A stretch of 63,239 bases of DNA, filler included, from Neoconidiobolus thromboides FSU 785 (Eukaryota; Fungi; Entomophthoromycota), in assembly GCA_025603075.1 (NCBI GenBank). It is 7 parts of 7 records of this genome, joined end to end, with 100 filler letters (N's around TTAATTAATTAA, not from the genome) between each part and the next. Parts side by side here need not be neighbours in the genome. Positions count along the whole stretch, not along the records: positions 16,972 to 39,334 come from MU626534.1; positions 39,435 to 42,086 come from MU626840.1; positions 42,187 to 47,227 come from MU626764.1; positions 47,328 to 60,311 come from MU626622.1; 3 more parts are not named here. One strand, 5' to 3'. A model generated the notes under the pieces. That model ran no database searches. It saw only the letters and a program-made list of their open reading frames with translations, and was not told the DNA's origin. Shown one piece after another: positions 38,766 through 49,167 of the stretch (the stretch's first letter is position 1; each line of letters begins with the position of its first letter). Made by a program: the position numbers and the translations under genes.

Positions 38766-39003
38766 ATTTTATGCTTATAAATTATAGTTTATTTTAACTA
38801 TATAATTTAAAACATGGTTGTTAGCTTTATTTAAGATTATAATGCTATATAAACAGTTATCTTTCTTGAAATATAATGTTTTACTATATAGCTAAATCCT
38901 AAACTTTATTTACGTCCTCAGCTTTTTACTATAAAATATTTTTTGTTTTTTAGTTATATTAAATGATTTCTCAATATAAATTTTGATATCTAATTAAATA
39001 TAT

Positions 39004-39207
39004 GGGGATGTATTTTTACGTTTAAGAATTTTACTAATAAATTTTCCGCTCAAATAGCGCTTAAAAGGTGGAAAAAGTAATGAAATGAAAAAAATCATCC
39101 CCATATAGTGATGTGTTTTTTGTTTAGTAATTTTACTATTAATCTTTCATCCCAAATTGTACTTAAAAAACGGAAAAAATAAAGAAACCAAAAAAAACAC
39201 CTTCTTC
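39004..39207 (+). mobile_element. Two tandem MITE copies sharing one ATAT
   Basis: 39004-39102 (intact) and 39107-39207 (degenerate). Confidence 0.75.
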
Positions 39208-39434
39208 ATATGTAAGGTTGTACTTACTAAACAAAAAATAAGAGATAAAAAACAACTCATAATAATAACAAAATCATTTATTCACATAGAAAACTAACAA
39301 GAGCCATAACGATTTAATTTGATAAAAACAGAGCNNNNNNNNNNNNNNNNNNNNNNNNNNNNNNNNNNNNNNNNNNNNTTAATTAATTAANNNNNNNNNN
39401 NNNNNNNNNNNNNNNNNNNNNNNNNNNNNNNNNN

Positions 39435-39497
39435 TTTTTAAAATACAAAATTTTTCAAAAATTGGATAAAATAATGAAACTAATTCAAACAACTCCC
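39435..39497 (-). mobile_element. Terminus of a longer MITE-related repeat (family B)
   Basis: Reverse complement of the 41970-42030 segment; truncated by contig end. Confidence 0.7.
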
Positions 39498-41969
39498 ACA
39501 ACTTGTTATATTGATCAACGTTTAAAATATTTGATTTACAAACAATTGTTCTTTAAGAACAATTCATAAGTGATATAACTTGTCATCCAAAACTACACCA
39601 CGGTATCTTAGAATTGACATTTAATAAGTGAGTATACTAAATCACGTCATATTTATTATAAATCGGTTAAATATGATTGGTATTTATAGTGCGGAATTTT
39701 TCACTTCATTAAATTGCATTAAGCAAAGAATTTAAGATTAAAAGCAAACATGATGGGGTGTGTGTTTTTTACTTCATTACATTTTCCATTTTTCAAGCAC
39801 TATTTAAGCGGAAATTTTGTTAGTAAAATTCTTAAACCCAAAAATGTATTCACATGTTATAGTTGAATTATTTATTGGCAAATTTAAAACATACATAAAA
39901 TCCTACACTATTTGCAAAATATTGATATCAATGAAGTTATTAATATAATTCAATTATAGTAATTCTTCAATACTTACCAATCTCACAAGAGAATGTTTAT
40001 GTTTTATACTGATCATCCATCCATGTGGACAAAAGATATTTACATTTACTCGGGAGCTTTGTAATTGTTTTTAGATATCCATCTCTTCACTACTAGATAA
40101 ATATATATGAATAAAAATTAGGATTAAAGATTGACAAACTAGTATTATTGAGATATATTAATCTGGGAATCCCTGGGGTAACAGGGATTTTTATTTTATG
40201 TATTATCTATCTAAATCCATATAAATTTCAAAATTGCCATTAATAGTGGTAATATAGCGAGCACTAAAGATGCTTTTCATAATTAGAAAACTTCACAAAT
40301 CTTCCCAAACTATCTTATTTATGGAAAAAGTGAGTTCATGTTTTAGTTACTTTCATGCTAAGTTTTTTTCAATCAAAAAATTACCGATTGGACTAAAACA
40401 GCTAAAATTGGTTTCTTTGTATAACCATTAAGCTTGATTTCTTAGGTAGTACTCTGCCTTTTGTTAATAAAAACTAACTATTGTTTATTTGTTGGCTATT
40501 ACAAACAAAGTAAACTATATGAGGATGTATTTTTATGTTTAAGAATTTTACTAAATTTTCCACTCAGATAGTGGCTTAAAAAATGGGAAAAGTAATGAAA
40601 GCCAAAAAAAACAGCCCCGTTATAGTTTAACGAAATTCAGTCAATATTTCATTTTTATGAAATTTGATTTTGATTTAAAGACATTAGCAAGAGAAATAAT
40701 TTAATAGATTATTCATTAATTAACACGTTTATTTTAAATATAAATGCTCAACTATATTTAAAAATAAAAAATGGGGGGGATGTGTTTTTTTGTTTGAGGA
40801 TTTTCCTAACAATATCTTTTTCCACTTAAATACAAATAGTGCTTAAAAAATGTAAAAAATGAAGCTAGAAAAAACATCCCAAAATACTAAATAATTTATT
40901 TTTAATTACAAATATATATATAAATAAAATCGCTAATACTGGAACAATAAAGCTCAAAAAAAGTACTATCGGTTTATGCTTATATTTAAAAAGCTATCTT
41001 AATAATAGAAATCTTGAAATAAAATATTCACAATATAGATTATATAATTACTTCAAAACTATAATTTATAATCAATTAATAAAGTAATGTTTAATTAATA
41101 ATTGGATTTTGAAAATAAACTTTTGAAAAGTTAAATCTCACATTACTTTTTAACTAAGAATGTGTGATGAATTTCTTGCTTTACACAATGTAAATTTTAA
41201 AATAAACAAAAGTACATTAGTATACTAAATTGCTTTTATTGTTTTTTATCTTTTTTTATTTTTAAAAAAGCGCTCCTCCCCTCCCCATTAATATTAAGTA
41301 AAAACAAAATAATTTGTAATTTAAGGAAATTTTGAATTTTCAAAATTACAGATCTAATTTAAATTTGAATATGGAAGATTTTCCAATAATAGTCTCAAAT
41401 TATAAACATCATAATATTAACGACTTTGATTTTATTATTTTAATACCTAATATTAGAAAAACCATTTAATAAAACTTTAATAATATTTGTGAAATACCCC
41501 ATATAAACTGGGATATAATAAAATCCTTTTTGATTTTAGCTATTTTCAGTATGGGGTCCATTTTAAAAATATTTGATAGCTAATACAACTTCACTTATAC
41601 ATTCATTGATTATACTAAAACAACTACAAAACTTTAACAGTATTTATTTTGTCCATTGTTTTTATCTGTAATAATAATATTAAATATGTTTATTCAAATT
41701 TAATTATCATTTTTTAATTTGATTAGGTTTTTATTATGATGTTTCAATTTTGCTTTTGTTTTTGTTATTGAGCTTATTATCAGTTAAACAAAATTTAATT
41801 TAAGATTAAATAAATACAAACAGCCTTTTTTGAGCTATACTTTTATAATTACACTAAAAAATGCTCAAACAATCTTCTAAGGAATACACCAAATAATACA
41901 TAAGCTGCTTATAAAACAAAAGATTATATTTGACCTTTACCAAAATTGAATATTTTAACTACAATATAT

Positions 41970-42086
41970 GGGGTTGTCTGAATTAGTTTCATCATTATTT
42001 TATCCAATTTTTGAAAAATTTTGTATTTTAAAAAGTTCGCTTAAAATTCTATAAAATCAACTTTTTTATTAAAACAAAAGTACCCA
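41970..42086 (+). mobile_element. Terminus of family B repeat
   Basis: ATAT|GGGGTTGTCTGAATTAGTTTCATCA...AAAAGTACCCA; homologous to 63128-63239 and 60062-. Confidence 0.75.
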
Positions 42087-42186
42087 NNNNNNNNNNNNNN
42101 NNNNNNNNNNNNNNNNNNNNNNNNNNNNNNTTAATTAATTAANNNNNNNNNNNNNNNNNNNNNNNNNNNNNNNNNNNNNNNNNNNN

Positions 42187-42781
42187 ATGGATCTAAAATT
42201 GATGGGGAAAAAGGTAAGTTATATAAGTACAAATGATAATATTAAATATTAATTAATACTGTAATATAGAATTGACTGTATTAAGCTATGAGTTTAAACA
42301 CTATTTAAATGAATATTTAGCCAATTCAGTAACTGGAGAACAATTAAGTTTAAGTAAAATAATTGAATACAATAATCAACACAGCTCAACTGAATTAAAG
42401 CTTTATGGTCAAGGTTTATTAATTCAAGCTAATCAATCCAAGACATTAGATGATCCAGTTTATATTCAAAGTAGAGATGAAAATTTAAAAGCAGCTAGAG
42501 ATGCCATTGATAATATTTTAGCACAAAATAAATTGGATGTTTTACTAGCTCCCGCTGATTTTAGATTAGGCGCCGTTACACCTCCTGCTGTAGCTGGCTA
42601 TCCTGTTATTACTATTCCTTTAGATGTTAATACTAATAAGATACCATTTGGTATTACATTACATACTAAAGGAGATAAAGATGTAATGTTATTGAAAGTA
42701 GCTAAATTAGTTAGTGATAGTATCAAAGTTCAAAGACCAACTCCCAAATTTATTCCATGTTGTACAGATATTGATTTATAA
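42187..42781 (+). CDS. Amidase-signature family enzyme, 3' part, copy A
   Basis: EFKHYLNEYL, YGQGLL, LDVLLAP, AVAGYPVITIP, PFGITL, LLKVA; intron from ~42208; 5' part lost in gap. Confidence 0.85.
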
Positions 42782-42846
42782 TATATATAATAATAAATAA
42801 ATAAATAACAACAATCAATAATAATAATGAATAATTTTTATTTTAT

Positions 42847-44823
42847 TTAACAATTAAAATTAATTTCATCTTTTATATAAAATCCATGATTGGAAGTTAA
42901 TTTGCGTTGATAACAATAAGTTGGATTATAAGTAGGCAATATAGCTTTGATTGAAGCAGTGGAATTGCAATCTCCAATAGCAGAAGAAGTCAAAGAATCT
43001 CGAATAGCATAAGCAGTTGCTGATAAACTTAAATGAATTTGATTATTTTTAATATCCTTTTTATAAGAAGATAAATTAAATATTGAAGATAAATTATAGC
43101 CATTGAGTTTAGTAGTTAATTGAGTTAATTTACCATTTAATAAATAATGATCATTTAATTCATATACTTTTCTTATTGGTATTAAATTTAATTTATTGAA
43201 ATTATTTAATTGATTTATTGATATATCATTAAATTTCAAATGTTGTAATTGAATTTGATTTTTATAATAAATCAAATAATCAGATGTTGTTAAATTATCT
43301 TTTAATAATAAATTTTGTTGATATTGTAATTGTTGATTGTAGTTTATAATATTTAATTGTAACTTGTTATTACTTAAGTGGAAATAAACTGTATTGTATT
43401 CATTTTTTTGTTTCATTTGAATATTAAAATGAAATTGTTCTAAATCATTCAAATAACTAAATTCAATATCTTGTTTTAATTCAGGTGGAATTAAGGTAAT
43501 TAATTTTGTATCTTTATTCTTCTTTTTAAATAAATGCAAGTTACCCGATACTAACCAAAATTCAGTTGCATTAACTACATTAAATCTTAGCTTATTATTT
43601 AATTTATTATTACTCAACAATGGTAAAAAAGGTAATAAATCCAGTCTATATGTAGGAACATCAAAAGAACCTAAACCAGAAATTGGTCTCCACAAAGTTA
43701 ATGTAATACCACCTGTATAGACAGTAGGAAATGGGATTAAATTAGAAATGAATTGATCATTAAGAAATATTTGTAGTTCTCTATATCCACCATTTGAACA
43801 TTCTCCATGTTGTAAAGCATAATCATTTGATGGATTTAAATACCAAAATTCATCACATCCATGATTAGAAATAAATATTTCTAATTCTGCACCTACAATT
43901 TCATTATTGTTATTATCATTGTTAATATCAACTATTAAACTTTGATTATTGTTTATTGTATACCATGCTTCTTGTCCTTTTCCTTTAGATATTGATATGA
44001 TTTCATGAATTATATTATCATTATCATTATCATTATCACTATCATTATCACTATATTTATTATTATTATTATTATTATTGTATTTATTTAATATATTTTC
44101 TACATCTTCATTAGTAATAATTGAATCACTATCATTATTAATTTGACTAATAATTGTATTGATATCATTTGTGTTGATATCATTTACATTCTCACCATTG
44201 ACTGTAGTACTCTCACCTTCATTTTCTACCTCCATAATACTTTTATTTTTTAAATAGAAAACAATATCAATTTTGATATAAATCGTACCCGTATAAATTT
44301 CATTAACCAAATTACCAATAGAAGCTGTAACTACTCTTTCATTATAAAATAGAGGTATTTTATCACTTAAGTCCTTTTCAAAATTCCATTGTATACCTTT
44401 TTCAGTAGGTTCTGCTGTAGTTGTACGTAATAATTCATAACCATCCAGATAAACAGCACCAAATCGATCAAATTGTCTACCTTTTACATTACCTACAAAT
44501 TTCATTATTATTTGATCAATTTGTTTATCTTGTGTTAAACAAGCAGGTAAAGTATAATTCCCAATATATGGTTTACCATAAGAATTAGCAAATCCATGAG
44601 TCATTAAATTGAAAACACATGAAGTAGTGGAAGTATCATGTGTCTTTGGCGGTATTATACTTAAATCAATTGGGTTAGCATATTCTTTTAACACATTTGG
44701 TGAATCAGATTGTAATTCAATAGGTCGTTGATTAGAATCAAAGGTATCAGCTAATCGAATCCAATTATTTTGATAACTATTAATAGCATCTAATAAGAAG
44801 AAAAAGAATATTAACAATATCAT
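42847..44823 (-). CDS. Peptide-N4-(N-acetyl-beta-glucosaminyl)asparagine amidase A (PNGase A), secreted, intronless
   Basis: HGFANSYGKPY, GRQFDR, LLRTTTAEP, GHGCDEFWY-like NHGCDEFWY, GGYRE, PFPTVYTGG, LWRPI..LGSFDVP; Asn-rich insertions. Confidence 0.9.
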   Translation of the reverse strand: MILLIFFFFLLDAINSYQNNWIRLADTFDSNQRPIELQSDSPNVLKEYANPIDLSIIPPKTHDTSTTSCVFNLMTHGFANSYGKPYIGNYTLPACLTQDKQIDQIIMKFVGNVKGRQFDRFGAVYLDGYELLRTTTAEPTEKGIQWNFEKDLSDKIPLFYNERVVTASIGNLVNEIYTGTIYIKIDIVFYLKNKSIMEVENEGESTTVNGENVNDINTNDINTIISQINNDSDSIITNEDVENILNKYNNNNNNNKYSDNDSDNDNDNDNIIHEIISISKGKGQEAWYTINNNQSLIVDINNDNNNNEIVGAELEIFISNHGCDEFWYLNPSNDYALQHGECSNGGYRELQIFLNDQFISNLIPFPTVYTGGITLTLWRPISGLGSFDVPTYRLDLLPFLPLLSNNKLNNKLRFNVVNATEFWLVSGNLHLFKKKNKDTKLITLIPPELKQDIEFSYLNDLEQFHFNIQMKQKNEYNTVYFHLSNNKLQLNIINYNQQLQYQQNLLLKDNLTTSDYLIYYKNQIQLQHLKFNDISINQLNNFNKLNLIPIRKVYELNDHYLLNGKLTQLTTKLNGYNLSSIFNLSSYKKDIKNNQIHLSLSATAYAIRDSLTSSAIGDCNSTASIKAILPTYNPTYCYQRKLTSNHGFYIKDEINFNC

Positions 44824-45507
44824 CTTAATTATGATCGAATTCTTTATAAAAGGAAAGGAAACTTCAAATTTAATTAAAAATAAAAATTTTCCATTGAGTT
44901 TTATATTTCCTATTTATATTTCTAAGTTAATAATTTTTATCCCTGATGAATTACTTAGTTGGGTTAAGATTTATTTCGGTTCCAGGCTTGAACCAATAAA
45001 AGTTCAAAGGTGCCTTAGTTACTCTTTTTATTTAATATGATTGTTGATTTAAAACTTGAATTCTTCTTTTAGAGATTTAGTTGGCTTTCTTAACTTCAAT
45101 TGTCTTCAACTTTATTAATTCTATTTTATAACTGTCGAATTAAATGCGTCAATTAAATAAGCTACTATAATCAATCATAGATCCTAAAGCCAACAAGTAC
45201 TATTGATAATTTATTAAGACAAACTACGATAATTTAAAAAGCGATATGATACCAGCTTTGTTATCAATAATAACATGATGAAAATATTTAATAAATAGTA
45301 ATGTGATTTAAGTTAATTAAAAATCAACTAAATTTAAAAATTATTATATAATCCTACTTTTACTAAATGTTATTTTATACGCCCAAGAAATCACAATTCA
45401 TTATCCCTTTTTTTGCTTTTATTTATAAAAATATTTTTGAGATTCACTAATAAAGTCAAAGAAGCTATAATTAACTCTATTTTCTTTGGGCATATAAAAC
45501 ACTAAAT

Positions 45508-45602
45508 CGAGATGTTTTTGATTTCATTATATTTCCATTTTTTAAACGCTATTTGAGTGGAAAGATTGTTAGTAAAATTCTTGAAAATAAAAAAACATCT
45601 CT
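45508..45602 (-). mobile_element. MITE copy
   Basis: AAAT on both flanks. Confidence 0.8.
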
Positions 45603-45669
45603 AAATAGTAAATTAATTCCATTAAGCATAAAAAACAGGTTTGAAACTATAAGTCAATATTTACCATAT

Positions 45670-45768
45670 GGGGATGTATTTTTGTATTTAAGAATTTTAC
45701 CAACAAATTTTCCACTCAAATAGCGCTTAAAAAATGGAAAAAATAATGAAGTCAAAAAAAACACTCCC
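45670..45768 (+). mobile_element. MITE copy
   Basis: ATAT flanks. Confidence 0.85.
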
Positions 45769-45784
45769 ATATAATTCAATTTAT

Positions 45785-45881
45785 GGGGATGTATTTTTGT
45801 ATTTAAGAATTTTACTGACAATTTTTCCACATAAATAGTGCTTAAAAAATGGAAAAATAATGAAACTAAAAAAACAGCCCC
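45785..45881 (+). mobile_element. MITE copy
   Basis: TTAT direct repeat on both flanks. Confidence 0.85.
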
Positions 45882-46620
45882 TTATGTTATAACTAATAAA
45901 ATAATATTTTAAATACATTTATTTTATACCTTTCTTTATTTCTTATTTTTAGATTATATTTCTTATTACTATTTTATTTAAACAATCAGAACATTGACTT
46001 TGAAAATAATAATTTTTATACTTATAATAAGTTTGGACTATAGTATTATAATAATCAGACTTGAAAAAAACCAAAATGAAAGTGTTTTTTTGGCTTCATC
46101 ACTTTTTCCATTTTTTAAATACTATTTGAGCAGAAGATTGTAAGTAAATTCATAAAAAATACATCCCCATATCCTGGAAAAAATCTGTTATATTTCACTA
46201 AATCTTTTATATTTAGTTATTTAAGTTCAAAAGTGTCTATTAAAATTTATAAAAATAAAATATCGACTTATATTTAACTATAATTAAAATTATAGTTTTT
46301 TTCAATCTATTTATTTTTTTAAATACAACTTTACAGGCTACTGCTTAAAAAATATATATACAAAGCAAAAAAAAAGCTATTAACGGTTTTAACTATATTG
46401 TTGGATCTAAGTCCTGGTAGTTATAATAATTTGAAGTTTGGAATACTAATATCTTCTAAATTGCTGACTCCATAAAACGATGATGTAGTATAACAGAGGG
46501 TTAGTGCATTTAACATATTAAATTATATAAAAAACATCTTTGTGTTACATTACGAGCTATAAAAAAGTCAAAATTTTTAATAATTTTAGATAGAAAAATA
46601 TTTCATATAACAAGTGTATA

Positions 46621-47227
46621 TTAATTTTTATTCTCTAAATCAATATTACTGCAACATGGAATAAATTTGGGAGTTGGTCTTTGAACTTTGATACTATCAC
46701 TAACTAATTTAGCTACTTTCAATAACATTACATCTTTATCTCCTTTAGTATGTAATGTAATACCAAATGGTATCTTATTAGTATTAACATCTAAAGGAAT
46801 AGTAATAACAGGATAACCAGCTACAGCAGGAGGAGAAAAAGAGCCTAACCTAAAATCAGCGGGAGCTAATAAAACATCCAATTTATTTTGTGCTAAAATA
46901 TTATCAATGGCATCTCTAGCTGCTTTTAAATTTTCATCTCTACTTTGAATATAAACTGGATCATCTAATGTCTTGGATTCATTAGCTTGAATTAATAAAC
47001 CTTGACCATAAAGCTTTAATTCAGTTGAGCTGTGTTGATTATTGTATTCAATTATTTTACTTAAACTTAATTGTTCTCCAGTTACTGAATTGGCTAAATA
47101 TTCATTTAAATAGTGTTTAAACTCATAGCTTAATACAGTCAATTCTATATTACAGTATTAATTAATATTTAATATTATCATTTGTACTTATATAACTTAC
47201 CTTTTTCCCCATCAATTTTAGATCCAT
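46621..47227 (-). CDS. Amidase-signature family enzyme, 3' part, copy B
   Basis: Near-identical inverted copy of 42187-42780, including the intron. Confidence 0.85.
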
Positions 47228-47346
47228 NNNNNNNNNNNNNNNNNNNNNNNNNNNNNNNNNNNNNNNNNNNNTTAATTAATTAANNNNNNNNNNNNNNNNN
47301 NNNNNNNNNNNNNNNNNNNNNNNNNNNAGATAATAAAGATAATGAA

Positions 47347-49167
47347 TTAAATGCGGTAAACTTTGGCTTCAGGTAAAACTGACTCCCATTGAGTTTGAGT
47401 TTTAAGCCAATCGAATAATATGTTATATATACAATTGCAATTATCCGGCTTGCTATAATTCGAGCAGTATTTAGCAATACGTTTACGAACTATACTTGCT
47501 TCGATTTTATCTCCAACCAAAATATCTTCGCTACTATATTCGTCATGAATATAACATTTATTAATCCCTGAATATTTTTTAGGTGTTAAATCCACATTTG
47601 CAAATAACTTCGAAGCACTAATTAAAGGAGATTCCAACTTACTATAAGCAACTAATGGTGATACTAATCCTGAAACATAACGTGGTGAAGCTAGAGTTCC
47701 AAGAGCCCAGCCCAATAAAAGATATACAACATAATCTGGAAAGTAACCATTGATAACAGCATCAATCCATACTGCAATTGGACAAAAACCTTCACGACGT
47801 AAAATATAAGCAATATTAAGCCCATCTCCAGTTATACTATCATCTACCTCTTGCCATAAATCATGTGATAATGTAACCAAGATCCCGATTAAATTGATAG
47901 ATTCTACATCATCACTTAATTCAGGATGATTAAATGCTAAAGCACAAGCAATTCCGAAGCCACCAGATACCGATGACCTTAAAAATGCAGTCCCAGAAGT
48001 ATTTAATAATTCTTGAGTTAGCTCAGTTGACCTACCACCAACAAATTTACGCATTAAGATAGATAATATTTGTGGAGACCATAATAGTTTATCTGCATTT
48101 GTTATTTTTTTCAGCTTTTCGAAGCAAAGATTGGTACTAATCCAACCTGCATAAAAGTGAATAAAATCAGTAGTACCATAAACTGTGTTTGCTTCTTGAG
48201 CAGTGTATAAGATCCAAATGGAAGATAAAAAGTCGATGATACTCATATCGCAATTACGAAATGCTAATACAGAAAAAGGATATGTGGCGTCAAATAAATC
48301 ACTATCTTTAAGAATTTTAAAGCAATAGTTGTCACCTATATATGAATTAAAATATGTCATCTCTTTAACTCTCTTTTTCTTTTTATTGCGAGATTCATCA
48401 CCATCCTTTGGCAATTTACCTAAACTGCCTTGGACCAAAGAGGCCAGGATAACTAATCGATTTATTTTACCACCTACTATGTTGCCTGATATTTCATAAA
48501 GGTATTCAATTTGCCTCTTATAGTTATCAAAATCAAACCCGGCGTTGATCAATGACAAATCAGATGAAGATATATTATTCTTATACGTAATGTAATTATT
48601 ATCATCAATAAACACACTTTTCAAAAGCTCGTCAATTGGGATATCCCAACTTGAAGCACTATTGTTAAGAGTAGATTGCATCAATAAAGGCAACGCATCA
48701 GCTTCAACAGTTGAGACAACGAAACTTAAAAAAGCGTCTGGATTGCTACCGTCGTTTCTTGAAAGCATTGAGACATTGTTTTCATTGTAATGATTCCTGG
48801 TAATCATAAAATGATATCCCATCAACCACTTTAGCCTATTTTCGCTCCAAGATAATGATCTCCATGGATGCTCTTCCCTTATCAATTCCAGCTCATTCAG
48901 ATTGATCCCGCCACATCCCTTTAAATGGTTTAAGATACTACTAAAGGTACACGATTTATCTTTTTCTGAGTACAAACAGCACTTATTACAAGAAATCTTA
49001 GGAGATATTCTGTTTAATTGTATCATCTCATGATCGCTCAAACTTTGTAAATTGGTGGCATTGATAGTTAATATATTACTGCCATTATAACTCAAATAGG
49101 CGGTAGTCAAATTCTGGTTATTATTTCTGGGCTTTAGATGTGGTGCTTCGATAATCCCGTTTAGCAT
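47347..49167 (-). CDS. 606-aa intronless orphan protein, possible class I terpene-cyclase-like fold
   Basis: Long open frame, visibly less AT-rich than its flanks; FLRSSVSGG, LSHDLWQE..GDGLN and GW.LG..SPRY occur in the order of terpene synthase R/NSE/RY motifs; no DDxxD. Confidence is for the CDS; the fold call is weak. Confidence 0.8.
   Translation of the reverse strand: MLNGIIEAPHLKPRNNNQNLTTAYLSYNGSNILTINATNLQSLSDHEMIQLNRISPKISCNKCCLYSEKDKSCTFSSILNHLKGCGGINLNELELIREEHPWRSLSWSENRLKWLMGYHFMITRNHYNENNVSMLSRNDGSNPDAFLSFVVSTVEADALPLLMQSTLNNSASSWDIPIDELLKSVFIDDNNYITYKNNISSSDLSLINAGFDFDNYKRQIEYLYEISGNIVGGKINRLVILASLVQGSLGKLPKDGDESRNKKKKRVKEMTYFNSYIGDNYCFKILKDSDLFDATYPFSVLAFRNCDMSIIDFLSSIWILYTAQEANTVYGTTDFIHFYAGWISTNLCFEKLKKITNADKLLWSPQILSILMRKFVGGRSTELTQELLNTSGTAFLRSSVSGGFGIACALAFNHPELSDDVESINLIGILVTLSHDLWQEVDDSITGDGLNIAYILRREGFCPIAVWIDAVINGYFPDYVVYLLLGWALGTLASPRYVSGLVSPLVAYSKLESPLISASKLFANVDLTPKKYSGINKCYIHDEYSSEDILVGDKIEASIVRKRIAKYCSNYSKPDNCNCIYNILFDWLKTQTQWESVLPEAKVYRI

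Noticed and set aside
40168-40189. AATCCCTG-GGGTAA-CAGGGATT hairpin resembling an LSU rRNA/I-SceI site
   Set aside because: 8-bp stem only, with no flanking rRNA homology.
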